Notes under the pieces: generated by a model | Seen by the model: only the letters and a program-made list of their open reading frames with translations | What the model was told of the DNA's origin: nothing | The model's database searches: none | Shown here: positions 41,551-57,255 of the stretch, piece by piece | Position numbering within the stretch: the first letter of the stretch is position 1 | Layout: every line of letters starts with the position of its first letter | Position numbers and translations under genes: made by a program | NCBI RefSeq assembly: GCF_009914755.1 | Contig: NC_060930.1 | DNA from: the human T2T-CHM13v2.0 reference genome, Homo sapiens | Direction: 5' to 3' (one strand) | Length of the DNA stretch: 64,000 nucleotides

Positions 41551-42159
41551 TAGAGAGTTACAAAGCCTATTATTCTTCACACAATGGTCCTGAAGATTTT
41601 TAATCATAGACTTATTAGTGGAGAAACCTTTGCAAGTACCTCCATTTGGTAAGGCTCTGCATGGCAAATTTATAAATTATTCACAAATGTATAAATTAGT
41701 AGATGTACCACTTTACTAATATATTACATCATGAAACGCAGAAATATAAAAAGAATGAAATAAAGATGAAGCAAATACTATAGTTTAAGTTTTTGTCAAT
41801 TGTGATGGTATCATATTATCATTAACTAGCATCTCAAGGCACAAACTCAAGGTAGGTTAAGGTTTATCATTATAAATGTAAATGCCTATTTCAAATAGTC
41901 CTTGACAATTTTTATTTTCTTGCCCATTTCTTGTCATATCTGATTAGATAGTCATTATTTTTGTATTGTAATTTGGCTGACAAGGAGCTCTTACTTGGAT
42001 TCAGAGAAGTGTCAGCGATGTCATTTTCTTGTTCACTCACTCTTACATTATCAGCATAATCTTCAATATAAAGTTTCTTTGCTCAAATCTTTTTGAAATA
42101 TGTATACATTATGTGAGTTTAGTTAACCACATAACATAGTACACAAATACACTTAACCT

Positions 42160-42822
42160 GACTTCCTGGGTTTCCTCAATAGTAGACCCTGAATCAAGGT
42201 CTTGGGTGTAGGTAATTTTCCTTTTCTTTTTCTTTTCTTTTATTTTCTTTTCTTATTAAAACTTTTATTTTAGGATTGGGGGTACATTTGAAGGTTTGTT
42301 ATGTAGGTAAACTCAGGTCATGGGTGTTTGTTGTACAGATTATTTCATCATCCAGGTGAATGTTTATTACAGCACTAGTCACAATAACAAAGACATGCCC
42401 ATCATTGGTAGATTGGATAAAGAAAGTGGGGTACATATACAGGTCATTTTATTAGGAAGTGAGATAAAGTGTATGTTAATGAGCATGTTGCTTTTGTGGG
42501 CCTAATCCCAACAGCAACCCTCTGAGAAGCTGTGTGGAGCATCCCTCAAGTCATCCTTTCTTGGATGATGGGGAGGCTGGGGCATTTATCCACTTACCTT
42601 CCTTCCCCATTGGTTGATGGGTGTCCCTGGTGGCATGAACCCCTCTCACTTCAGGGTTGCATTTGTTTTTGACAGAGCAAACCCCATGGTGTTGGAGAAT
42701 CAGGAGAAGAAGAGAGAGGCTGGTCTAGAGGTGCAGAGCTTTCAGCAAACTGCTTACCACACCTAAAGTGAATTCAGGTGGGCCCCGCAGGTATGGGGTG
42801 TGGTGTTGACAGGGTCTGCTAC
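42160..42822 (-). mobile_element. LTR33-like ERVL LTR interrupted by a short L1
   Basis: 'gggtttcctc...agaccctgaatcaagg', 'gaggctggggcatttatccac' and terminal 'gtctgctaca'. Confidence 0.7.
42220..42440 (-). mobile_element. Short L1PA (old PA subfamily) with a 5' inversion
   Basis: Antisense 3' end (42220-42357) joined to a sense ORF2-end piece (42358-42440); TSD aggt(a/c)atttt. Confidence 0.85.
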
Positions 42823-43979
42823 ACTTGGCAAGGGTTAAGGTTAGAATTAGAGTCAGGATTAGTAAACTCTGATAGGTTGAAGTAAACAAAGAAAAAAGAG
42901 CATCAGCATCAACCTTTCCCACTCTTTCCTCAGGATATATTGAGAACCACATTTTGGCAAAGTGTGTATAAACTATTAATAAAGTATCATTTATTTCATA
43001 GTTTTTGATAAAATATGTAAATTGAAACTCTAATATTTTCTTTCCACACCTGGAAGGTCATTTTGAATATCTCTTGGGAGCCTGCATCTCTTCCTTATGA
43101 TCAGTTTCCTAGCACAGCGACTCAAGGGCCTGATGCGTCAGGCTGCTGAGATATCTATCTGTTCCGACAAAGGCTGCCTCAGTGCCATGAAAACACATCA
43201 CGTGCTGCAAGTCCTGGCAACATTTATGTCTCCAATGCAAAATTGTGGATTTCTGCCAAGAATTTACCTGCCTATTCTCCAAGGACAAGTATCAGAATAT
43301 CCTGAAAGCCTCTGGAGGGTGCTAAAACATGAAGCAGCTCACTTACAGGAAGTACTTCAGTGAGCTGCTGATTAAGAAAATAAAAGAGAGGGAGAAAGAA
43401 AGGCCATGACATGTGTCTGCAAGTTGATCTATAGAGCAAGATCAATTATTGCATCATAGATGTTTGTAATTGTGGTGAAGCCAAAATTTTCTCTAAACAC
43501 ATTTTTGGCATCATCCACAATCCTATATTTTAATTTAGGTAAATGAATTTCAGTAATTTGATATTGAAAGGACATTGATTAGGTAACTCCTATATGCTAA
43601 GCCACTGTAAAAAGTGGTATGGCTTATTTCAAAATAAGTAAAACTTGGTCTCTTACTTACAATCTAGCAGGAGAAATGCATGCTGCATATAAGTAACTGT
43701 AAAACAAGGTGGTCAGAACTAAGATCTGTAAGAAAAATACCATAGACTGTGAAAATTCTAAGAAATTATTTCTGCAACAAGTAATTTATTATTTCATATG
43801 GTACTAGATAAACTTAACCCAAATTCCATGGCCTAGCAATTTCCTTAAACCTAGTCTATTTGGGAGTCTACCAAGCTGACATTTAGTAATAAGCAGATTT
43901 GGGTTTAGAAAAGACAAAGAGATCTGAGATAGGCCTTTACCTCAGTGTCAACTATACTGGGCCCTAAAAAGGTCTTTGA

Positions 43980-44334
<355 letters not shown>

Positions 44335-44492
44335 TAAGCCATAAACTTTTTAAAATACAAAAGCAAACACTGAAACAAAAATTATGCAATATTTGTATTG
44401 ACAATGTATCGCAGTTTTCTTGAGCATGCAAATATTTTCTCAATAAAGACTTAATCATAAAATAGAACCTATGTGTTGCATCTTTTGTTTCT

Positions 44493-44885
<393 letters not shown>

Positions 44886-45318
44886 TAGAAAATCAAGCTC
44901 AGCAAAGCTATTGAGAATTATACTCAATAATGCTTCATGTTCAAATAACATGGCGTTCTGTACTTTTAATATTAGGTGCAACCCATAATCTAATAAGTAC
45001 ACCTTTTCATTTTGTCCAGAGACAAAAATATTTTATAGTGAATTATGATAAAATCTATTTGTCACATTGACCTACCACTTCATACATTTAGAACATATAT
45101 TACACAACTCTTAAAAACATATTTCTGTTGCAACCTCCAACTTAGTATTTATATATTTTTCTTTGTGTGAACTTTGCTAAGCTTCCTTTTAATTTCAGAA
45201 CTTCCCATAACAGCAAACTGCTGAATTATTAAGCTAAATTCCATTGCCTGATATCCCAATTTTGAATCTACATCACAAAAAGTATATTATTATTTTTTCT
45301 CTTTTCTTTTGCAGACAG

Positions 45319-45762
45319 TGTGTGTTGCAGCCCTAAAACTACATATTTTCCTGCTACTTCAAAATCTCCATAAAAGGGCTGTGAGTTTCCAATTTAGTCA
45401 ACCAGGTGCACCAATGTGATAAGGTCAGTCCCTGCTGGAGGTTCTCCTTCCTACTTCCTTTCCTGACTGTGACCTAGTGACATTCAAACACACCAATGAA
45501 ATTCCCTCACTCCTTTTCTTGTGTGTCCCACCCTGAACCTCAATAAATGTACTTGCTCACAGGTTCTCTCTCTCTCTCTGCTTCCCATCTGCTTGGGTGA
45601 TCCTGATCCCTTCGTGCTCATTCCCATGTGATTCCCCTCTCAGCATGCAGTGATCCTGTCTCTCTGGGACCCATGAGCATCATAAACTGTTTTTTCCTGA
45701 GCCTCTCCTGTTTCTTCTCATGGCCACACCTGACTTACCATCTCATGAAAGAATGCAAAACA
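45319..45762 (+). mobile_element. Old ERVL-type solo LTR (MER73/MER74/MER54 group)
   Basis: TG...CA ends, CCAAT motifs, 'caataaa', and 3' 'ggccacacctgact...aaaaca'. Family from recall. Confidence 0.5.
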
Positions 45763-45877
45763 GTGATTATACTTTTTTTTTTCCTTTAGGAAGGAGAGTA
45801 ACAGAAGGATCAGTTTCCATTGAAAGTGCTATGATACAATTTCCAAACTTTAAGTTCAAAAACTATTCTAAAATCCT

Positions 45878-47705
45878 TGTATTTGTCCATCCTCACATTG
45901 CTATAGAAAGCTAAATCATTAGAAACCACTCCCATGATCCAATCACCTCCCACCAGGCCCCACCTCCAATTTTCAGGATCACAATTCAATATGAGATTTG
46001 GATGGGGATGCAGAGCCAAACCATATCATTCCACTCCTGGCCCTGCCCAAATCTCATGCCCTTCTCACATACCAAAACACATTTATTTCTTCTCAACAGT
46101 CCCCCAAGTCAACTCATTCTGGCATTAACTTAAAAGTCCAAGTTCAAAGTCTCATCTGAGACAAGGCAAGTCCCTTCCACCTATAAGCCATAAAAAAAAA
46201 AAAAAAGTTAGTTACTTCCAAGTTACAATGGGCATACAGGCATTGGGTAAATGTTGCCATTCCAAAAAGGAGAAAATGGTCAAAACAAAGAGGTTATATG
46301 CTCCATGCAAGTCCTAAACCCAGCAGGGCAGTCATTAAATCTTAAAGCTCCAAATTAATCTCCTTTTACTCTATGTCTCACATCCAGGCCACACTGACAC
46401 AAGGGGTGGACTCCCAAGCTCTTGGACATCTCTGGCCCTGTGGCTCTGCAGGGTATAGTCCCCACAGCTGCTTTTACAGGGTGGCATTGAGTGCCTGTGG
46501 TTTTTCCAGGTGCACATTCCAAGCTGTCCATGGATTTACCATCTGGGGTCTGGAGGATGGTGGCCCTCTTCTTACAGCTCCACTAGGCAATACCCCAGTG
46601 GGGACTCTGTGTGGGGGCTCCAAACCCACACTTCCCCTCCACACTGTCCTAGTAGAAGTTCTCCACAAGGGCTCCACCCCTGCAGCAAACTTCTGCCTAG
46701 ACATCCAGGCATTTCCATACATCCTGTGAAATCTAAGCAGAGGCTCCCAAGCCTCAACTCTTGCCCTCTGTACACCCACAGGCCCAATACCATGTGGAAG
46801 CCACCAAGGCTTGGGGCTTACACCCTCTGAAGCAATGGCCCAAGCTGTACCTTGGCTCGTTTTAGCCACAGCTGGTGCTGGAGCAGCTGTGATGCAGGGC
46901 TCCATGTCCCAAGGCTGTACAGAGCAGCGGAGCCCTGGACCTGGCCCATGAAACCATTTCTCCCTTCTAGGCCTCCAGGCCTGTGATGGGAGGGGCTGCC
47001 ACAAAGGTCTCCAACATGCTTGGGGGGCAGTTCTTCTATTTTCTTCATTATTAACATTGGCTCCTTTTTATTTATGCAATTTTCTTCAGCTAACATGAAT
47101 TCTTTCCCTGAAAATGGGTTTTTCTTTTCTACCACATGACCAGGCTGCAAATTTTCCAAACTTTTACACTCTGCTTCCCTTTTAAATACAAGTTACAGTT
47201 TGAGATTATTTCTTTGTTTATGCCAATGAGTGTAGGATTTTAGAAGCTGCCAGGCACACCTTGAACGCTTTGCTGCTTAGAAATTTCTTCTGCCAGATAC
47301 CCTAAATCACCAGCCTCATGTTCAAAGTTCCATAGATCTCTAGAACAGGGGCACAATGCTGCCAATCTCTTTGCGAAAGCATAGCAAGAGTGACATTTAC
47401 TCCAGTTCCCAATAAGTTCCTCATCTCCATCTGAGAGCTCATCATCCTGGACTTCACTATCTATATCACTATCAGTATTTGGTCAAAACCATCCAGCAAG
47501 TCTCTAGGAAGTTTCAAACTTTCCCTCTTCTTTTTGTCTTCTTCTGAGCCCAGATCTCATAAGAACTCTATCATGAGACAGCACTATAGTGATGGTGCTA
47601 AACCATCAGAAACCACCCTCATGATCCAATCACTTTTCACCTCCAAAACCTGGGCTTACAATTCACCATGAGATTTGGATGGAGATACAGAGTCAAACCA
47701 TATCA
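45878..47705 (-). mobile_element. MSTA/THE1-group MaLR provirus: internal region with two deleted LTRs
   Basis: Perfect TSD atcct. LTR remnants at 45878-46028 and about 47551-47705; MaLR-internal sequence 'ggtgttggagccccc'-like between them (source of the ORFs at 46373-47159). Confidence 0.92.
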
Positions 47706-47809
47706 ATCCTATTAGGAAGACATCAGATTAATTATTTAGATATTTCAAATTACACTTAGATTAAAGCAGATGATGGAGACCTTGTAATTAGTTTGTAATT
47801 CATGCAACC

Positions 47810-48390
47810 ATCCCTGTAGTTATTCAATCAGTGCTTTTCCTAGCACTAAAGATACAGAGAAGAAAGGATTACAGTCTGATATAGAAGTCAGCCATGTAAA
47901 CAAATAATTAGCATACACAAAGTAAGTTCAGTAACAGAGGTTTGTACTTCATAACTTGCATGGGTAAGGCAGAAGATGAAGTGGTGCACTCTGAGGTCAA
48001 CAGGTTTCAAGAAGACAGCAATGTTAAGCTGAGTATTATAGCATGAATATGATTTTAGCAGGCAGACAAATAAAATATGTGCCCAGGAGGTTTTCTGAGG
48101 AAAGTGTTGAATGTACTGAACACAGGAAGAAAAAAAGAATATGACATGCATAGGAACCATGAACAGTTTAGCATTGTGGAAACAAGGGATATAAGGAGTG
48201 GTTTGAGGCAAGTGGTTTGAGGGGCTCTGAATGTTAATTAAGGGGTCTGGACCTTATTCCGGAGGGGATGAGATGCCTTTAGTGCTTTAAGGTGCGAGTA
48301 AATTGCTCAAAATTTTGCTTTCAGAAAGAGCTCTCCAGTGCCAGTGTGGAGGATGAATTAGAAACATGAGAGCCTGGAAGTACTGGGTTT
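47810..48390 (-). mobile_element. L2 relic
   Basis: 'aggggtctggaccttattcc' and 'aattttgctttcagaaagagctctccag...gtgtggaggatgaatt'. Confidence 0.65.
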
Positions 48391-48460
48391 TGCACATATA
48401 CTTCTATTCTCCATATGGAATGTTTTCTTTTCTTCCATATCAGCCCATTTCATGGAAAGC

Positions 48461-48778
48461 TTTTATTTTTATTTTTTTCAGAGACAGATTCTTGCTTGGT
48501 TGCCCATGCTGGAGTACCATGGCATGATCATAACTCACTGCAGCCTTGAACTTCTGGGCTCAAGTAATCCTCTGGCCTCAGCCTCCTGAGTAGCCAGGAC
48601 TGCAGGCAGACACCACCATGTCCAACCAATTGTGACTTTTTTTTTTTATAGATGAAGATCTCACTATGTTGCCCACACTGGTCTTAATCTCCTGAACCCA
48701 AGCAATCCTCCCACCTTGACCTCCCAAAAGGCTGAGGCATGAGGCACTGGCATCAGGCATGAGGCACTGAGCCCAGCC
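48461..48778 (-). mobile_element. AluJ
   Basis: 'gcagccttgaacttctgggctcaag'; short duplication of aggcatgaggcactg at the Alu 5' end. Confidence 0.9.
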
Positions 48779-48817
48779 ATATCCAATTCCTTAATCTGTG
48801 AGATTTAACATTTAACA

Positions 48818-49032
48818 TAGGGGTGTCCAATCTTTTAGCTTTCCTGGGCCACACTGAAAGAGTATTTATTTTGGGCCACACACAACATACACTAACATTA
48901 ACAACAGCTGATGAGCTAAAAGAAAAAAAATCACAAAAATAGCTCATAATGTTTAAGAAAGTTTACGAATTGTGTTGGGCCACATTCAAAGCCATCCTGC
49001 AAAGCCCATGGGCCGTAGGCTGCACAAGCTTG
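48818..49032 (+). mobile_element. MER30 hAT MITE
   Basis: 'aggggtgtccaatctttt...gggccacattcaaagccatcctg...acaagcttg'. Confidence 0.85.
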
Positions 49033-51262
49033 GAACAGTTCCAGACAGCAATCCCAGGATTCTCTGAATTGTAGTTACTATGCCTCAAGTTAGCCCTTAA
49101 AACTCACTTGTACAATGGTGCTTTTTAATCCCAATTTTTTCTTTGTTTTAGTAGTTTTAATGGTTATATTGAAATATAATTTACATACCATATAATTCAT
49201 TCATTTAAAGTGTGCAATTCGATGATTTTGTAGTATATTCAGAGTTATGCAACCACCACCATAATCAATTTTAGAACATTTTTATCTGCCCAAAAAGAAA
49301 CCCATACCCATTAGCAGACATTCCCCATTTCCAACACCACCAGTTCCAGCTCTAGGCAACCATGAATCTACTCTCTGTCTCTGTAGATTGCCTATTCTTG
49401 ATAATTCATATAAACACAATCATACAATGTATGGCCTTTTTTGACTTACTTCTTTCATGTAACATGATGTTTTCAAGATTTATTCATGTTACAGCATGTA
49501 TTAGTACTTCATTCCTTTTTGTTGCCAAATCATATACCATTTCATAAATATACCATATTTCTTTATCCATTCATCTTTTGATGAACATTTGGGTTGTTTC
49601 TAGTTTTTGGCTAATGTGAATATGCTGCTATGAACATTTATTTACAAGTTTTGTGTGGACATATGTTTTCTTTTCTCTTGTATATACACCTAGAAGTGGA
49701 GTTGCTGGGTCGTAGTATAGCTTTATGTTTAATTTTTTTTTATTGATATGGTGTATTCGTTGATTTTTAGATTTTAAACCACCTTGCATTCTTGGATGTA
49801 AATCCCACCTGGTCATGGTGTATACCTTTTTTATATATTGCTGGATTTTATTTCCTAGGTTTTTTAAAAAGAATTTTTACATCTATATTCTTAAGAGATA
49901 TTGGTCTATAGTTTCCTTGTGATACCTTTGTCAGCTTTTGGTATCAAGGTAATAATTGATATCACTAAATGAGTAGGAGAATATTCCCTTTTCTTTCTTT
50001 ATTTTTGGAAAAGTTTGAGAATTGGAATTAATTCTTCTTTAAAGGGAAAACTCGCTAGTGAAGTAATTTGGTCCTTGGCTTTTCTCTATGGGAAGTTTTA
50101 TGGTTACTAATTCAGTCTCTTTACTTATTATAGGTCCATTTAGCTTTTCTATTTCTTTTTAAGTCAGTTTCAGTAGCTTTTGTCTTTCTAGGAATTTGTC
50201 CATTGCATCTAAGTTATCTAACTTGTTGGTACTACTGTCCATAGTATTCTTTTTTTATTCTTTGTATTTCTGTAAGGTTGGTGGTAACTTTTTCTGTTTT
50301 ATTCCTGATTTAAGTAATTTGAGCCTTGAAGTCCAAGAAATTCTTATCAAATTGGTTAGCCTTTTTGAATAACCAACTTTCAGTTTTGATAATGTTCTCT
50401 ATTACTTTCTTTTATTTATTTCACTAATTTTTGTTCTAATATTTATTATTTTCTTCCTTTTACTTGCTTTGGGTTTAATTTGCTTTTCTTTTTTTAGTGT
50501 TTTATGTTGATTTTTTTCAGTGTTTGAGATCTTTCTTCCTGTTTTTTAATATAGGAATTTATAGCTATAAACTTTCCTCTAAGTACTGCCTTAGCTGCAT
50601 TCCATAAGTTTTGGTATGTTGTGTCTTCATTTTCATTCATCCTAAAATATTTTCTAATTTTGCTTTTGATTTTTTTTGATGTATTGGTCATTTATAGAAT
50701 ATTGTTTAATTTTCACATATTTGTGAATATCCAAAATTTCTTTTAGTTATTAAATTCTAATCCTAATTCCATCCATTGTGGTCAGAGAAATACTTTCTAC
50801 AATTTCAATCTCTTTGAATTTATTGAGGCTTGTTTCATAGCCTAGAATGTGGTCTATCTTAAAGAGTACCCCATGTGCTCTAGTGAATGTATATTCTGCT
50901 GTTGTTAGGTGGGTTATTTTATATATGCCTGTAAGGTCTATTTTGTATATATTGTTCAAATTTTCTATTTCCTTGTTAACATTTGCTTAGATGTTCTATC
51001 CATTATTGAAGGGGAGATACTGAAATCAACTATTATTGTTGAATTGTCTATTTTTCCCTTGAGTTGTGTTGGTTTTTGCTTTACATATTTTGAAGCTCTG
51101 TTGATGGGTACATATATGTTTATAATTGTTATAACATCCTGATAGATTGACCCTTATCATAAAATAACCTCTCTGTCTCTAATAACACCTTTTTCCATTT
51201 TAAGGTTGATTGTGTCTAATATTATAGCAATTCCAGCTTTCCTATGCTTGCTGTTTACATGA

Positions 51263-51901
<639 letters not shown>

Positions 51902-52466
51902 TAACTCTTTTACTTTCAATCTATTTGTATCTTTGAATCTAAAGTGTTTCTCCTGTTGACAGCATGTAGTTACATCATGTTTTCTTATCTAGTATGACAA
52001 TCCCTGCCTTTTGATTGGATTATCTAATCAATTCACATTTAACACTAGTATCTATATAGTTAATGTTTGCAGTTTTAATTTTTGTTTTCTATTTGTTTAA
52101 TATCTTTTTTGTTCCTCTATTACCCCTATTGTGTTCTTTTGCATTAAGTGAATATTTTTAGAGTAATATTTTAATTACTGTAATTACTTTTTAAACTATT
52201 TTTAAAGTTTTTTCTCAGTGGTTGCTCTAGGGTTTGCCATACATGTCTTATCAGAGTCTATTCCAAATTTATACAAACTTAATTAAAGTGAGGTACAGAA
52301 ACATTATTCCTATATAGTTCTATTCCCTCTTTCTCCTTTTTGTGCCATTATTATTATACATATTACATCTATAAATGTTACTAACCCAATAATATATTGC
52401 TGTAACTATTACTTTGTAAATTTTATGTCTATCAAAGAAGCTGAGAAAAGGAAGAACAAGTATACG

Positions 52467-52817
52467 CAGTCATGTGCCACATAATCGCATTCAGTCAACC
52501 ATGGAACACATGTATAACATATATGATGGCCGTCCCATAAAATTATACTTTTAAAGAAGGTATTTTTACGGTACATTTTCTGTGTTTAGATACACAAATA
52601 CTTTCCATTGTGTTATGATTGCCTGCAGTATTAAGTAGAGTAACATGCTGTACAAGTCTGTAGCCTAGGAGCAATAGGCTATGCCATATTGCCTAAGTGT
52701 GTAGTAGACTATACCATCTAGGTGTGTGTAAGTATACTCCATGATGTTTGCCCATCAACAAAATTACCTAAAAATGCATTTCTCGGAATATACCCCGGTC
52801 ATTAAGCACAGGCCTGT
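52467..52817 (+). mobile_element. Tigger3a/MER7A-type Tc1-mariner MITE
   Basis: 'cagtcatgtgccacataa...gcctaggagcaataggctat...gtcattaagc'. Confidence 0.85.
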
Positions 52818-53899
52818 ACACATAGAGTTTGTTATGTTAACCTTATTATTTACCATTTTTGGTTTTCTACATATGTTCCATCGATTCAAGTCATTATCTG
52901 GTGTCATTTCCTTAGCCAAATTCAACTTGCTCCCACACTCCTTTATGCTGTTATTAGCAAATATATTACATTTCTATATGTTCTGGCCCAACAATATATT
53001 TATGAACATAGTATTTCACACAACTTCATTTTAAATCAGTTGAGAGATGAAATAAGAAACATGTTTTTATACTTTATAACTAAAATTAATTGTTATTTTT
53101 ATTAATAAATTAAAATAAATTAACAATTAAATTCAGACTGGGGTACTTTTGAGGCCAGTCTCCCAGATTTTTTCTGAGCTAAGGAGGACTCTTCTTAGCT
53201 CTCTCTTTCACTGATTATGTCTGTGAATAGCTGGCCTGTGGTTCAGCTTGTTGTTCTTAATAAGGGAGCCCTATTGTTTTTGAGAGTATCTTTATACTTG
53301 AGCTTCTCCACACTCCTTTTCAAATAAAGTCAGTTCAGAAACGGGTCCAGAGCTCTCTTTTCTTACGGATGTCTCTCCCTCAGAACAAAATTTCTGAGCC
53401 ACTATTCCCGGTACTGCAGAGGGTGGGGTGCATAGTCTCTGATCTTTCCAGCCTACCTTTCCTGGTATGAGACTTTTGTGTTATGAGTGTTAGGATGAGG
53501 GCAATTCAGACCCCAACATTCTTGACCTGCTGTGCTTGGGGCAGAGCCTCTGTGTGGATGGGGGCTATGTGGAGGAGGAGAGCACTTGACTTTTCTACAA
53601 CACTCACCAGGAATTTAGCCTATTTATCTTGGATTAAAGGGGATAAGAAACATTGACAGTCTGCCCCTTCTGGTGAGATGTGTTAACACTTGATTGGGAG
53701 CTAAGGAGGGAATCCATCTTCTTGGCCACACCCACTTGGAGTAGAGCTTCTTTCACTAGTGTCCTTTTAAACGTTACGGTTCTGGCTAGGCAGAGACACA
53801 GACTGGGCCTTCGCTAGGTGGAGACAAATTCAACCTTTGCTGTAAAGGGCCTAGTTTTGGAATGGTAGTTGTGGAGAGTCTGTTTTCTGAGAAGCCGGT

Positions 53900-54030
53900 A
53901 ATAATTAACGATCTTATTTAATCCCCATTTACGGATGAAGTGAAAGTATCCTAATTCACATAAATAGGAATGACAAAACGGGAGTCAAAGTCAGGTGAGT
54001 CTAACCTTGAAGGCCTAAATCATATTCTAC
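53900..54030 (-). mobile_element. MIR
   Basis: 'atccccatttacggatgaag'. Confidence 0.6.
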
Positions 54031-54251
54031 TACTCACTGAAGGAACAATTTCTTCCTCCATTAAAACTAGAGAATTCCCAAAAATTATAAGGGAGGAGAA
54101 ATAAATAAGGGGTTAGAAGGAAAGAATAAAAAAAATTCAACAGAATTGGTCTGGATTTCCCAGGAACTACCTCATAACTGGGGGACTTTTTTATTCAAAA
54201 TGTGCTTATGACATATGAAAATACTACCAGCATCTGGCCTTATGTTTTCCC

Positions 54252-54562
<311 letters not shown>

Positions 54563-56012
54563 TAGCTACATTGCAAGACTCTTAATGTCTCCTATTTATA
54601 TTATATTTAACAATCACCTCATCCCATTTACAAATTATTCACAAACCACTCTTTAAAGCTGACACGCTTCTAATGTGATGAAGTAATTCATGACAACCCT
54701 AATCTTCACTTCTATTTTCCTAAAGTTTTAATTGGCGGAGCATTTTTAAAAACACCCTTTTAACATTTGTTAAGTTAGTTGTATGATTTTTCCTCTCTCA
54801 TGTATAAATATTATGAATAAAACTAAAATTTCCAATGTTAAGTACTATTTGAATTTCTGGGAAAATGCTACTTGTCTTCCTGGGAAAATCTTCCTTTTGT
54901 ACACTACTGAGTTTCATTTACTAGTATATCTGCAACTAAATGTATGTGTTATTTAGCTATAATTTTTTTGTTTGGTACTGACGTCAAATTTTGTGATTAG
55001 AGTGTTGGGCAAAGCAATCAGAACACAGCACTAGTGGCATCTGCTGCAGATATGAAATAGGGTTTATTAGAGGTGGAGAGAATTCACAAGTAGAGAAGTA
55101 GTAGAATGCATAAAATCTTCTAATTTCTCATCCCATAGTTTAGGCCAGAAGGCATGCCCTATGGCCATTGTTGCTGTGGGGAAGGGTCCTGTCCCATTAG
55201 GTTGAACATATTTATCAGCACAGGAGCGGGTACTATGCAACATTGGAGCTCTCTAATCTAGGAAGTGGCCTTGTTAGAAAGATGGGGGTGGGATTTTCAG
55301 AGCTCACAAGCTGTTATGGTCTGTTTTCTCTTCAACTGACTGTGACCTGCTAAGCCAATTCTGCTAAGCCATCAAATAGAGGAGGAAATTAGCCTCAGAG
55401 GCCATCCAAGTTTGTCTCTTCTCACAGGATTTGCTTGTCTTTTATAGAAAATTAGAATGCTTTTCTTCTTTTTCAATGTTATGAACTACCTTAAGTAGTA
55501 AAAAGGTAATCTGTTCTTTGAAGTTTGATAGAAGTCATCAATAAAACTGTAAGGGCTTGGCACCATTTTGGGGATAGCTATTTGAAAGCTTTTTCACATT
55601 TTTTCCATTATTTTCCTACTTTTTCTTCTGCTAGTTTTCCTAATTTAAGTATTTCTAGAAATTGTTAATATTTATGTTTCCAAAGTTATGGCATGGTACT
55701 TTCTTATAATTTGAAATTTTTATTTCATTTCTTAGGTTATATCCCTTTTCTTTTGCTTAATGTATTTTTGCTCTATTATCTTGTAAGATAATAGAGCTTT
55801 CGTCTTAAGAAAGATTTGTATATATTTACCCATCATCTTTTGGATTTATTTGTTAATGATATCATTGTTTAAAATTTTTTAATGTTTGCTTTTTAATTTA
55901 TCAAATCTCTGATTTTCCTTAGATTTTCTTGTTGTTTACCTAATTTGAGAGTTTGGTGTTTAGGTAACTTATTTTCATTATTTTATGACAAAACCAGTTA
56001 AAAATGAGTTTT

Positions 56013-56298
<286 letters not shown>

Positions 56299-56529
56299 CT
56301 AGTAATAATGGATAGCATTTATAAAGTTCTCACAATGAGTCAGAGAGTCTTCAAAACAGACCTATAATGTTTCTACTATTCTATTCCCATTTTCATATAA
56401 GGGCACAGAGCACTTAAAATGTCTACCCAAGCTTCAAAGCAGTATAACCAGGATATAAATCAAACTTTTTTGGCTCTAGAACTTGCTCTTAAACGCTACA
56501 TAATGTTGCTCTGGCTAAGTTTCAGAATT

Positions 56530-56830
56530 CTTTTTTTTTTTTTTTCTGAGACAGAGTATTGCTCTGCTGCCAGGCTGGAGTGCAGTGGTGCCATCTCAGC
56601 TCACTGCAACCTCCACCTTACGGGGTTCAAGTGATTCTCCTTCCTCAGCCTCCCGAGTAGCTGGGATTACAGGTGCACACCACCATGCCCAGCTAATTTT
56701 TTGTATTTTTTGTAGAGATGGGGTTTCGTCATATTGGCCAGGCTGGTCTCGAACTCCTGGCCTCAAGTGATCTGTCCACTTCGGCCTTCAACAGTGCTGG
56801 GATTGCAAGAGTGAGCCACCGCACTCAGCC
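56530..56830 (-). mobile_element. AluS (Sz-like)
   Basis: Antisense dimer; TSD aattctt. Confidence 0.93.
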
Positions 56831-57171
56831 CACAATTCTTGAAAGACATTTTTCTCATATTTCCAACTTGTCTGTAATTCTAAAATTTCCTATTTTTATT
56901 GAAAATTTCATTTTTTATTTCCAAAGGGTAAATCTTTTATTATTGATTCTGATTTTATTTTATTGTGGTAAGAAAATGTGACCTATTTCATTTCTGCATT
57001 TTGAAATTTAAGTTCAGTATTGCCTAATAGAGAGTCATATTTTGAATTTATTCAATGAGCACTAGAAAATGAGAGTATGATGTATACATACATAATGTAA
57101 TTATAACCTGAATTACATTATGATTCTTCATTATCTTATTCTTTATTTGCATAATCTATCAAAGATTCTAT

Positions 57172-57255
57172 CAAAGAGCATCTAAAAGTCTCTACTACAA
57201 ATGTTCTCTTCACAAAGAGCATCTAAAAGTCTCTACTACAAATGTTCTCTTCACA
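57172..57255. repeat. Perfect 41-bp tandem duplication
   Basis: caaagagcatctaaaagtctctactacaaatgttctcttca x2. Confidence 0.98.

Noticed and set aside
42830-42862. Telomere-like hexamers (gggtta aggtta gaatta gagtca ggatta)
   Set aside because: Only about 5 degenerate units; too weak to call an interstitial telomeric repeat.
46373-47159. Cluster of overlapping 100-176-aa ORFs
   Set aside because: Typical stop-poor MaLR internal sequence.
53808-53826. CTCF-like motif (tcgctaggtggag); a similar one near 6100
   Set aside because: Mismatches at core positions; expected by chance without a PWM score or ChIP data.
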